NCBI GenBank assembly: GCA_902560875.1
Contig: CACENO010000004.1
Location: forward strand, 22,451 to 86,450
Direction: 5' to 3'
Length of the DNA: 64,000 nt
Source: an uncultured Prochlorococcus sp.
Lineage (GTDB): Bacteria > Cyanobacteriota > Cyanobacteriia > PCC-6307 > Cyanobiaceae
Shown piece by piece: positions 33,115 through 42,750 of this stretch (positions are counted from its first letter, which is position 1; every line of letters starts with the position of its first letter). The translations under genes and the position numbers were made by a program. The notes beneath the pieces were generated by a model. It saw only the letters and a list, made by a program, of their open reading frames with translations. It was not told the DNA's origin and made no database searches.

Positions 33115-33569
33115 TTCACTCCAGTAAGCACATTGTAAATTCTCTCATTCACTTAATCACATCTACCAAACATGAAATCCAAATTTGGTTTAAGAAAAGC
33201 CATAACAGAATTCAAATTCAAACAAAAAAGTACAATGCATATACAAATTCGTATAAAATAAACAGATGAAAAATTACTCATCATACAATATTTATATTCT
33301 TAGAATATACTAAATGAAAACGAAAGATTAATTGATGAGTTTCTTAAAAAATATAAGCAATTAAATATACAAAACAAGATAATTCTAGATAGATTTATAT
33401 TCTTAACTATAGAAATTAAGAAGAAAACTATTATAAACTATTAACAAGACTCTTATAGTTCTTTTGCTCTGATTTATTTTTTCCTCAATAAGGGCGGAAT
33501 GTAGCTTACAAAAACAAAATTTAAGTCAAATGCTGAACATTCAAATCTTTAAGGCCTATAAAACCAAAC

Positions 33570-33938
33570 CGTTCCTAATCTGGACCAAATCGGATCAAAA
33601 GGCAATGCGTGTAATGACTGATTGCATACTTGCTTAAAAAGAGCCATTCTTATGACATCGAATAAGGAGGTGTCTGACTTGGACGATACGCCACCTGAGA
33701 ATTTTCAGAAGTAACTGAACAAAGCTCCTGCTCCAACAGTCTTAACCTATTTGTAGGCTCTACGTCTGGTGAGACAAGTAAGTGCGTCAAGCCAGTCGTG
33801 CTCCTTTGCATCGTTCCAGGTGCCCTTCAAGGAGATCAGCTAAACACCTATCAAGCCTGGCCCCAGGTGCTAGATCTCAGAAGCTTCACAAAACACTCTT
33901 TCAAAGAGCTGACCTCTTAAATAAGGTCAGCTCTTTTT
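33570..33938 (+). ncRNA. Candidate structured ncRNA of about 370 nt, family not recognised; 5' end approximate
   Basis: 139/300 GC by hand count over 33601-33900 against 33/180 over 33241-33420. Many hairpins with G-U pairs on the + strand, no ORF of 60 aa or more, and a 3' intrinsic terminator. Confidence 0.6.
33903..33938 (+). terminator. Strong intrinsic terminator
   Basis: Perfect 13-bp stem aaagagctgacct/aggtcagctcttt with an 8-nt loop, ending in a T5 run. Confidence 0.9.
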
Positions 33939-34134
33939 AATGTCTTTAATCCATTAATAGATTTTTAACCTAACAATCAGAGCAAAGAAAAGAAATCAAA
34001 TAAAGCATTAAAACATAGGCAAGAACTTAGATTTTGCTATATAAATCATTTCAAAGATTGCACGCCTTCCCTAGAGAAAATATTAAGTTTTTATGTTATG
34101 TAATCAACACCAAAAAATGCAATCATTAAAAGTC

Positions 34135-34353
34135 CTAGGAATCTGTGCGATTGAATCCGGTACCTAACAGCCAAATTCCCAACAAAAGAGAAGGTGAAAA
34201 AAGCAGTAAACCAATTAAAAAAGGTTGTACACCAAAAGGGTCAGGATGATACTGACCCCAAACTCTTAAGCCAATGCTCAGGAGGAAAGCTAACCCCCAG
34301 GTGAGCATCATCAATAGCCACTTAGAAGTCAAAAGAAAATAAAAGGAGATCAC
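34135..34353 (-). CDS. Small membrane protein (2 TM)
   Basis: Two hydrophobic segments separated by GLRVWGQYHPDP. The true start may be at the MM codons. Confidence 0.6.
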   Translation of the reverse strand: MISFYFLLTSKWLLMMLTWGLAFLLSIGLRVWGQYHPDPFGVQPFLIGLLLFSPSLLLGIWLLGTGFNRTDS

Positions 34354-34391
34354 AATGCATTATGTTGACTTATTGGATTTACTTCAAACAA

Positions 34392-34667
34392 ATGAGCGCC
34401 CTCGACAAGGTGGACCTAAGTTCGCTCGACGGCATCAATCCTGCCCTCACACGCTATGGCAGAAAAGATCCTGCCCCAATCTTGCCATTGCGAGAAGAAC
34501 CAGATCTTCTCACATGGTTAGAAGCAAGTGGAAGACTGATTGCCGATGAAGATTCAGCTTCACAAGAAGTCAGTACAGTAGAAGAAGAAGAACTATCTGC
34601 CTTGATGGGCGAGAAAGAAGATTATAAAACAGATGAAGAGCAAGGAGAAGAAGACTGGGAAGATTGA
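34392..34667 (+). CDS. DUF3134-like small acidic protein
   Basis: NPALTRYGR and LLTWLEASGRL motifs with an acidic tail; upstream of mraY as in other cyanobacteria. Confidence 0.8.
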   Translation: MSALDKVDLSSLDGINPALTRYGRKDPAPILPLREEPDLLTWLEASGRLIADEDSASQEVSTVEEEELSALMGEKEDYKTDEEQGEEDWED

Positions 34668-34725
34668 TTTAGAATTACTAATTAAAATTATTTTTTAGCA
34701 ATTTTGTCATTCTTCTAGGAGCATT

Positions 34726-35847
34726 TTGAGTAATTCACAAACTCCTTTTAATACGACAAATGGCAAGCAAAATTATTCCTCAACATCAGTAGATGTAATC
34801 TTACTAATTACAATTACTTTTAGCTGTAGCTATATATTCGATCAATTTATACCAACAAGTTTTCTTACCCTTCCATTAATAATATCGATCCTCTTCACAA
34901 CATTAATCACAAAGTGGGGAATTCCAAAATTAAAATCACTGAGATTCCAACAAATCATCAGAGAAGAAGGGCCAAAAGGCCATCAAAGTAAAGCAGGCAC
35001 ACCTACTATGGGTGGTCTTCTCATAATTCCTACTGGTCTAATAGTTGGAAATTTAGCAACTATAAATACAAACAATTATGATCAAATATTTGCAATAAGT
35101 CTTTTAACTCTTTCCTTCACATTCATAGGCTTCCTAGACGATTGGTGGAGTTTCTCACACAAAACAAATACGGGCTTAAGTCCTAAAGGCAAACTTTTAA
35201 TTCAAACAATTTTTGGAACATTATTTCTCATCTGGGCAAATTCACAAACATGGATAAACAGCAAATTATATCTTTTCAACAACATATCTATTGATCTAAA
35301 TATTTGGATTTGGCCTTTTGCCTTACTTGTTTTGCTTGCAGAGAGCAACGCCACAAATCTCACTGATGGGCTTGATGGATTAGCTAGCGGGTGCGGGGCC
35401 ATGGTATTTACGGGATTAGCAATGCAGTTAATCCTTCGAGAAAATTATGGAGGGTCAGAATTAGCAACTTTCTGTATTTCAATGGCAGGGTCATGGCTGG
35501 GTTTTCTTATTCACAACCGCAGTCCTGCCAAAGTTTTTATGGGTGACAGTGGTTCACTTCCTATGGGAGCAGCATTATTTGGAATAGCAATCCTCTCCAA
35601 TAGCCTCTGGCCACTACTCATCATGGGTGGTGTTTTCTTTGTGGAATCTTTATCCGTAATTATTCAAGTATGGGTATTCAAAATTACCAAAAGATTCAAA
35701 GGTGAAGGAATACGTTTTTTTCGAATGGCTCCAATACACCACCATTTCGAACTAAGTGGTAATAATGAAATTAAGGTGGTTAGAAGTTTTTGGTATGTAA
35801 ACCTTTTTCTAATCATTCTTGGTCTAGTACTTCGTCCTTCCTTCTAA
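34726..35847 (+). CDS. mraY: Phospho-N-acetylmuramoyl-pentapeptide transferase
   Basis: KAGTPTMGG, GFLDD, NATNLTDGLDGL, FMGDSGS and MAPIHHHFEL motifs. Confidence 0.97.
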   Translation: MSNSQTPFNTTNGKQNYSSTSVDVILLITITFSCSYIFDQFIPTSFLTLPLIISILFTTLITKWGIPKLKSLRFQQIIREEGPKGHQSKAGTPTMGGLLIIPTGLIVGNLATINTNNYDQIFAISLLTLSFTFIGFLDDWWSFSHKTNTGLSPKGKLLIQTIFGTLFLIWANSQTWINSKLYLFNNISIDLNIWIWPFALLVLLAESNATNLTDGLDGLASGCGAMVFTGLAMQLILRENYGGSELATFCISMAGSWLGFLIHNRSPAKVFMGDSGSLPMGAALFGIAILSNSLWPLLIMGGVFFVESLSVIIQVWVFKITKRFKGEGIRFFRMAPIHHHFELSGNNEIKVVRSFWYVNLFLIILGLVLRPSF

Positions 35848-35851
35848 CCAT

Positions 35852-36091
35852 ATGAACTATTTTACTTGGAAAGAAACCGGCCTAACAAATGATTGTGAAA
35901 GTCTAGAAGCTATGGCATCTCGTTTTGAAGAATCCGCAAAATTAATGAGACATATGGCACAAGAAGGCTTCAAGTTAGAAAAAAATAAAAATAAACAACT
36001 AATTAGTCACCATGATCCAGAAATATTTGAAGAATGGGGTTTTATTAGCGAAGAAGCTCCTTATAGACAGCTTACATTAATAACAAATTAA
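35852..36091 (+). CDS. Hypothetical protein, 79 aa
   Basis: Starts 4 bp after mraY on the same strand; protein-like composition. Confidence 0.7.
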   Translation: MNYFTWKETGLTNDCESLEAMASRFEESAKLMRHMAQEGFKLEKNKNKQLISHHDPEIFEEWGFISEEAPYRQLTLITN

Positions 36092-36183
36092 TAAAGAAAC
36101 AATAATCTAAATTCAAAAATTAGCTTAAAAAGCTAATAAACTACTAAAAAATTAAAAGCCGTCACTAAAAGAGGAATCAAACC

Positions 36184-37362
36184 ATGAAAAATTTCCCAAA
36201 AACACTAATGCTTCTAGGAAGTGGAGAACTAGGTAAAGAAATTGCTATTGCTGCTCAAAGACTAGGATGCCATGTTATTGCTTGTGATCGTTATAAAAAT
36301 GCACCTGCAATGCAGATTGCTGACATGGCAGAAGTTTTTGATATGACTAATGCCACTATCCTTAAACAAATTATTAGAAAATACAAACCTTACGCCGTAA
36401 TCCCCGAAATAGAAGCATTAGCAGTAGATTCACTAATTGATTTAGAAAAAGAAGGAATTACAATCATTCCTACAGCAAGAGCAACATCAATTACAATGAA
36501 TAGAGATAAAATTAGAGATTTAGCAGCAAACGAATTAAAATTCAAAACAGCAAAATTTCAATACGCATCAAATAAAGAAGAACTTTCGAAAGCAGCAGAA
36601 TATATTGGATATCCGATGATCATAAAACCTTTAATGAGCTCATCCGGCAAAGGTCAAAGTTTAGTCAAAAGCAAAGCAGAACTTGAAGAAGCATGGGAAA
36701 TAGCAATGGAAGGTGCAAGAGGAAAATCAACTAGAGTAATCATAGAAGAATTTATTAAGTTTGATGCAGAAATTACTTTATTAACTATTCGACAAAAAGA
36801 CAATTCTACTTTATTTTGTGAACCTATTGGGCATGAACAAGTTGATGGTGATTACCAATGTAGTTGGCAACCTGCAAACATTACAGAACAACAATTAGAA
36901 CAAGCACAGATGATGGCAAAAGCAATCACCAATAATCTTGGAGGGAAAGGTTTATTTGGAGTAGAATTTTTTATAAGAGAAAATGAAGTAATTTTTTCCG
37001 AGTTATCTCCTAGGCCGCATGACACCGGACTAGTTACAGTAATCAGTCAAAATTTAAATGAATTTGAACTGCATTTAAGAGCAATATTAGACCTTCCAAT
37101 ACCAGAAATAATTTGCAATCAAATATCTGCAAGTAGAGTAATTTTATCAAAAAATGATATTGCTAATGTGGCCTACTTAGGAATAGAAGAGTCCTTATCA
37201 AATAAAAACACACAATTATTGCTGTTTGGCAAACCAAATGGAAAAAAGGGTCGGCGAATGGGAGTTGCACTTGCAGCGGATGAAAGTATCACAAAGGCTC
37301 GTGCAAAAGCTGACCATTCTGCTTCTTTTGTCAAAGTAATAGACGCAAATAATAAATTATAA
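36184..37362 (+). CDS. purT: Formate-dependent phosphoribosylglycinamide formyltransferase
   Basis: [33 protein letters not shown] and RRMGVALA motifs; gagga RBS. Confidence 0.96.
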   Translation: MKNFPKTLMLLGSGELGKEIAIAAQRLGCHVIACDRYKNAPAMQIADMAEVFDMTNATILKQIIRKYKPYAVIPEIEALAVDSLIDLEKEGITIIPTARATSITMNRDKIRDLAANELKFKTAKFQYASNKEELSKAAEYIGYPMIIKPLMSSSGKGQSLVKSKAELEEAWEIAMEGARGKSTRVIIEEFIKFDAEITLLTIRQKDNSTLFCEPIGHEQVDGDYQCSWQPANITEQQLEQAQMMAKAITNNLGGKGLFGVEFFIRENEVIFSELSPRPHDTGLVTVISQNLNEFELHLRAILDLPIPEIICNQISASRVILSKNDIANVAYLGIEESLSNKNTQLLLFGKPNGKKGRRMGVALAADESITKARAKADHSASFVKVIDANNKL

Positions 37363-39477
37363 AAAGCGATAATGTTTCAAACCTTCAAGTAAACCATTTC
37401 CAGAGCGGGAAGCAAAAAACACTCTTTGCTGAAATCGTAAACTTTCCAAAGATGGATCATGTTCCAAAGGCACAACAGTTGTAGTCAAACCAGAAATTAA
37501 TTCTGCATCACCTTGCTGACTCGCAACTACTAAAACATTCTCCAAAGGTAATTCCCAACGAAGTGCGAGATGACGAATCGCTTCAGTGCGTGATGCACGC
37601 AAAGGCAAAATATCAAGATACCAATGACAACGTAAATAAGGAAGAGCTGCTTGAGACTGTTGTCTTAAACGCTTTCTGACCAGAGGCAAAATTTGATCAC
37701 CAGGTTTTTTCAATAAGTAGCTAACTTTAAAGATGCTTTGATGATCTTCAGCCTGCAAAGTTAAATGATCTTTTAAGCCAGAAAGAGCAAATTGAACACC
37801 TTCTCTATTCCAATTTAATCCAATAGATGATTCCCAAAAACGATCTTGCTGCTCATCAGAACCATAATAAATCTCTGTGCCAGCCCTACAAATCCACACA
37901 CTAGGTTGTGGCAAATGTAATTCTGCAAAACGAAGACGCGCTGATTTAACCGAACGTCCAGTTAAAATCCCTAATCTATTATCCTTATCAGGGCCAACTT
38001 CACATAAATTTTTTCGTAATAATGATAAAGATTCTTCATCAATTTGTTCCAAACTACTATCAAGATCTAACAACACCAAACGAGCACCTAAAGGGCTTGG
38101 AAGATATTGATGGCCAACACGAGTCAAAGGGGGTGGAATTGATTTGAGTCGTTTTTGCATCAACGCAAGGTAATTACATACGTGAGCATCCCAACTAAAA
38201 TGCCTACTTACAGCTTCTATTCCACTATCTCTCCATCGACGCCATTGATCTGGATCAGCTCCGGCTTCTTCAAGTGAATCCTGAAGAGATTCAAGGTCAG
38301 TAACATCAGCTAATAATCCATTTTGACAACGGAACAAAATATCTTGTGGTCCACCATCATCCGTAGCAACCATAGGCAAACCACAAGCTGCTGCTTCCAA
38401 TAATGTTAAACCAAATGGCTCTGTAAGAGCAGGATTAACAAATAAACCTTTCGACTTAGCGGCCCAACGATAAATTGAAGGGATATGCTCCCTACGATGA
38501 TATTTTGGATAAGCAACTTTCCCATATAAATCATAACGATCTACCAAATCAAAAATTTGTTGAAATACTTCCCTCTGCTGTTTTTCTAATTGACGTTGAT
38601 CTTCTCTACATCCAAGAACAAGCACAAGATTATGTCGCTCTCTTAAAACTGGAGATCTGCCAAAAGCTTCAACTAAAGCAGGTATATTTTTTCTGCGAAC
38701 TGCTCGAGAAATCGCCAAAAGTGGAGGCAAGTCAGGATCTCTCAAAAAAGGAGAAACTAGTTCCTTAACTTCTTTCATCTCCGAATCTATATGAAACGGA
38801 TGAAAACGAGTTGCATCTACTCCAGGTGGCACCACTTCAGAACTTTCTTGTAAATAATTGCCATAGCGAGAGTATTGCTGATCTGCTTCTTGGCATGTAC
38901 TTGTAATCACTAAGTTCGCATGAGCTAATGCTAACTCTTCAGCATCTATTCTTCTATTAATTGAAAAAGTTTGTTCAATTTGATCATGATCAATCCCTGC
39001 AGCTAATAACCTTCGTTGTTTTTCACGACCTAACGAATGTCCTGTAAAAACTAAAGGTATGCCTAAACGTCTACTCAGTAGTGAACCTACATATCCTGCA
39101 TCTGCATAATGAGCATGAATCCAATCAGGAAAGCTATCCCAATGCTGCAATGTATTAACTAATTGATCAGCTAAATCATCTAAATATGGCCATAAAAGTT
39201 CTTTTCTAAGATATCGCTTAGGTCCAAATGGAAATCTGAGGATGGTGGCACCAGAACAAATCTGTTCAGTTTTTAGAGAATAATCAGTCGAAACACGCCT
39301 ATCTTGAATTAATCGAGTAATTAAATCGACATGATCAACCTCAGGACGAGCTGACAAGCCTTTCACAAGCTCTAATACATAGAGAGTTTGCCCTCCAGTA
39401 TCAGAGTCACGACCCAATTCAAGATCATGACCACGAATCAAGCCATGGAGATTCAAATGCAGAAGCTTTAAACCCAT
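37357..39477 (-). CDS. spsA: Sucrose-phosphate synthase with a C-terminal SPP-like HAD domain
   Basis: [27 protein letters not shown] and [21 protein letters not shown] motifs. Confidence 0.93.
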   Translation of the reverse strand: MGLKLLHLNLHGLIRGHDLELGRDSDTGGQTLYVLELVKGLSARPEVDHVDLITRLIQDRRVSTDYSLKTEQICSGATILRFPFGPKRYLRKELLWPYLDDLADQLVNTLQHWDSFPDWIHAHYADAGYVGSLLSRRLGIPLVFTGHSLGREKQRRLLAAGIDHDQIEQTFSINRRIDAEELALAHANLVITSTCQEADQQYSRYGNYLQESSEVVPPGVDATRFHPFHIDSEMKEVKELVSPFLRDPDLPPLLAISRAVRRKNIPALVEAFGRSPVLRERHNLVLVLGCREDQRQLEKQQREVFQQIFDLVDRYDLYGKVAYPKYHRREHIPSIYRWAAKSKGLFVNPALTEPFGLTLLEAAACGLPMVATDDGGPQDILFRCQNGLLADVTDLESLQDSLEEAGADPDQWRRWRDSGIEAVSRHFSWDAHVCNYLALMQKRLKSIPPPLTRVGHQYLPSPLGARLVLLDLDSSLEQIDEESLSLLRKNLCEVGPDKDNRLGILTGRSVKSARLRFAELHLPQPSVWICRAGTEIYYGSDEQQDRFWESSIGLNWNREGVQFALSGLKDHLTLQAEDHQSIFKVSYLLKKPGDQILPLVRKRLRQQSQAALPYLRCHWYLDILPLRASRTEAIRHLALRWELPLENVLVVASQQGDAELISGLTTTVVPLEHDPSLESLRFQQRVFFASRSGNGLLEGLKHYRFL

Positions 39478-39753
39478 CTCCCCTCTCCTATTAGGAGTTG
39501 AGAAGTTTTAAGAGATTTTTGGTCCAAAAAACATAAAGAAAGCCTAACAAAAGAAATATATTTCCTTAAGCATTCGAAAAACACTTACAGATACTGACTT
39601 TCAGGAGACAACTTCCTTTAATGTTAAAAAGAATCATGGAGAAATGCAAAGATAATTTGCTTATAAACGATCAAAACTGAATCAAAAGAAAACCAAATCC
39701 AATTACAGGTGCATTTTTTGACCCAATCATCAATCTCCAAAACATCTAATCAA

Positions 39754-42702
39754 TCACTTGTGATGAGCTAAAACTTTTTTTAAATAACGAGCTGTATGAC
39801 TGGTGGAATGACTGGAGATTTCCTCTGGAGTACCTTCAACTATAACTTCGCCGCCACGATCACCTCCCTCTGGACCTAAATCAATGACCCAATCAGAACA
39901 TCTAATAACATCAAGATTATGCTCAATAACAATTATTGAATTACCTTTGTCAACAAGTCTTTGAATAACATCCATCAATTTATGAACATCAAAAAAACTT
40001 AATCCAGTCGTTGGTTCATCAATAAGATATAAAGTTTTACCTGTAGCGCGTCGAGATAACTCTGTAGCCAACTTGACTCTCTGAGCTTCTCCTCCAGAAA
40101 GCGTAGGTGCTGGTTGACCCAATTTGACATAACCCAGTCCTACATCGACCAAAGTACGCAAACGATCAGCAGCTTGTGGAATTGCTGAAAAAACATCTGC
40201 AGCTTGCTCAACAGTCATTTCTAAAACATCTGCAATTGAAAAACCTTTATATCTAACTTGCAAAGTTTCACGATTAAAACGAGCACCTTTACAAACATCA
40301 CATTGAACATAAACATCTGGCAAAAAATTCATTTCAATAACATTGACTCCTTGTCCTCTACAAGCTTCACATCTACCGCCCTTAACATTAAAACTAAACT
40401 GCCCAACTAAATAACCTCTAGCCTTGGCCTCTATAGATGAAGCAAATAATTGTCTAATTGGATCAAAAGCACCTGTATAAGTTGCTGGATTGGAACGAGG
40501 TGTACGTCCAATTGGCGATTGATCAATAACAATAACTTTGTCGATTGCCTGAATACCTTTTAACTCTCCTAAACCCTTAGGAAAAGGAACTTTTAAACCT
40601 AGAGAATGATTTAAGGCAGGATGTAATAATTCATTTATCAAAGTACTTTTTCCACTTCCACTTACGCCGGTTACAGCAATTAATCTTCCCAATGGAAAAT
40701 CAACACTAATATTTTTAAGATTATTTTTATCACAATCAATCAAGCGTAATTTCTTGACACCTAAAGACCTCCTTGTCTTTGGAGTAGGTATAAATTTTCT
40801 TCCACTTAAATATGCTCCCGTTAAAGAATTTTTATCTGACAAAATATCATCAAAGGATCCTTGTGCAACAATTTTACCTCCATGAACTCCTGCCCCTGGT
40901 CCAATATCAACTAAATGATCAGCTGATCGAATAGTTTCCTCATCATGCTCCACAACAACCAAAGTATTACCAAGATCTCTCAAACGCTTAAGCGTAGTTA
41001 ATAACCGATCATTATCTCTTTGATGTAAGCCGATACTTGGTTCATCTAAAACATATAGAACACCTGTTAAACCCGCTCCAATCTGCGTGGCCAAACGAAT
41101 TCGTTGTGCTTCCCCTCCTGACAATGTCATTGCAGGCCTATCTAAACTTAAATACTCAAGCCCTACATCAAGCAAAAAACGTAATCGCAAACGGATTTCT
41201 TTTAAAACCAAATCAGCAATTTGCATTTGTCTTGAAGACAAAAGAGGTTCAGATGCTTTATGAGCGCCTACACCTATCAAACTTTCTATACGGCTTAAAG
41301 TTTTATCGATGCTAATTGATGTAAAATTAGTAATATTATATGGACCAATTTTGACTGATAATGCTTCAGGACGAAGTCTTTTTCCTGAACAAGTAGGGCA
41401 AGGAACTAAATCTAAATATTTTTCTAATTTTTGTCTAGCAGCTTCCCCATTAATCTCATTTAATTGTATTTCCAAAAGTGGAAGAATACCTTCAAAAGGT
41501 TTTGTATAGCCTGCACCTTTTCGATATCTACTATCTGCTTGAATAAGAATTGGTTTCTTGCTTCCATGAAGCAAAATATGCTGTTGTTCCTCTGTCAAAT
41601 CTTTCCAGGGTGTTTGAATTTCAAATCCAAAAGCCTCACCAACAGAATATAATAAAGAGAAATAGAAAGAGTTTTCCTTATCACTCCAAGGAGCTACTGC
41701 AGCATATACCGGAAGATTAGGGTCAGGAATCACTCTATTAAAAGTAAATTTCTTCAGATATCCAATCCCATGACAATCAGGACACGCACCATACGGACTA
41801 TTAAAAGAAAACAATCTTGGAGATAATTCTTCAATAACGGCACCATGCTCCGGACAGGCAAAATTCTCAGAATATAATCTCTCTTTTTCTATGCCATCTG
41901 GCAAAGGCTCATTGGTTTTGGGAACAACCTCAACAGAAGCTAAACCTTCTCCTCTTTTCAAAGCAGTTTGTAATGAATCTGTCAAACGTTCTTGAATACC
42001 TTCTCTTGCAACTAACCTATCAATAACTACTTCAATTGTATGAGAATGATTTTTATCAAGTTCAATATTATCTGCTAATTCTCTCACCTCCTTATTAATT
42101 CTTACACGTGCAAAACCTTCTGCAGCCAGACCTCTTAAAAGTTTTGTATGTGTGCCCTTTTTACCTCTCACAACAGGTGCTAATAATTGATAACGAGTAC
42201 CTTCTGGCAAGGTAAGAATTTGATCAACCATTTCATCAATGGTTTGAGGCCTAATTGGCCTATCGCAAGAAGGACAATGTGGTTCACCTGCTCTACCAAA
42301 TAACAAACGTAGATAGTCTTGTATCTCTGTAACTGTGCCAACTGTAGATCGTGGATTATGGCTAGTAGATTTTTGATCAATTGAAATTGCTGGAGATAAT
42401 CCCTCGATAGCATCTACATCAGGTTTATCAACTTGGCCAAGAAATTGCCTTGCATAAGCTGAAAGACTTTCAACATATCGCCTTTGTCCCTCAGCAAAAA
42501 TCGTGTCAAAAGCTAAAGAGCTCTTACCACTGCCACTCACTCCCGTAAAAACAACCAGTTGATTCCGAGGAAGCGTTAGATCTACATTTTTAAGGTTGTG
42601 CTGACGAGCTCCTCGAACTTTGATGACATCCTCTGAGCCTCCCGACAAAGGAAGTGAACCCTCCAAACGACTATCTGCTGCTTGAGCTTTAGAACGCCCC
42701 AT
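39754..42702 (-). CDS. uvrA: Excinuclease ABC subunit A
   Basis: Two GVSGSGKS Walker A motifs, LSGGEAQR twice, and zinc fingers. Confidence 0.99.
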   Translation of the reverse strand: MGRSKAQAADSRLEGSLPLSGGSEDVIKVRGARQHNLKNVDLTLPRNQLVVFTGVSGSGKSSLAFDTIFAEGQRRYVESLSAYARQFLGQVDKPDVDAIEGLSPAISIDQKSTSHNPRSTVGTVTEIQDYLRLLFGRAGEPHCPSCDRPIRPQTIDEMVDQILTLPEGTRYQLLAPVVRGKKGTHTKLLRGLAAEGFARVRINKEVRELADNIELDKNHSHTIEVVIDRLVAREGIQERLTDSLQTALKRGEGLASVEVVPKTNEPLPDGIEKERLYSENFACPEHGAVIEELSPRLFSFNSPYGACPDCHGIGYLKKFTFNRVIPDPNLPVYAAVAPWSDKENSFYFSLLYSVGEAFGFEIQTPWKDLTEEQQHILLHGSKKPILIQADSRYRKGAGYTKPFEGILPLLEIQLNEINGEAARQKLEKYLDLVPCPTCSGKRLRPEALSVKIGPYNITNFTSISIDKTLSRIESLIGVGAHKASEPLLSSRQMQIADLVLKEIRLRLRFLLDVGLEYLSLDRPAMTLSGGEAQRIRLATQIGAGLTGVLYVLDEPSIGLHQRDNDRLLTTLKRLRDLGNTLVVVEHDEETIRSADHLVDIGPGAGVHGGKIVAQGSFDDILSDKNSLTGAYLSGRKFIPTPKTRRSLGVKKLRLIDCDKNNLKNISVDFPLGRLIAVTGVSGSGKSTLINELLHPALNHSLGLKVPFPKGLGELKGIQAIDKVIVIDQSPIGRTPRSNPATYTGAFDPIRQLFASSIEAKARGYLVGQFSFNVKGGRCEACRGQGVNVIEMNFLPDVYVQCDVCKGARFNRETLQVRYKGFSIADVLEMTVEQAADVFSAIPQAADRLRTLVDVGLGYVKLGQPAPTLSGGEAQRVKLATELSRRATGKTLYLIDEPTTGLSFFDVHKLMDVIQRLVDKGNSIIVIEHNLDVIRCSDWVIDLGPEGGDRGGEVIVEGTPEEISSHSTSHTARYLKKVLAHHK

Positions 42703-42750
42703 GCCAGATCAAGCAAAAACAGCCTTTAATTCTAAAAGGCAACAAAGCTT

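Noticed and set aside
33570-33938. tmRNA, RNase P RNA, SRP RNA, glutamine riboswitch or retron as the identity of the structured element
   Set aside because: No tag peptide ending in AA, no GAGGAAAGUCC, no SRP loop motif, no GGAAGUA...GAAG junction, and no reverse transcriptase nearby.
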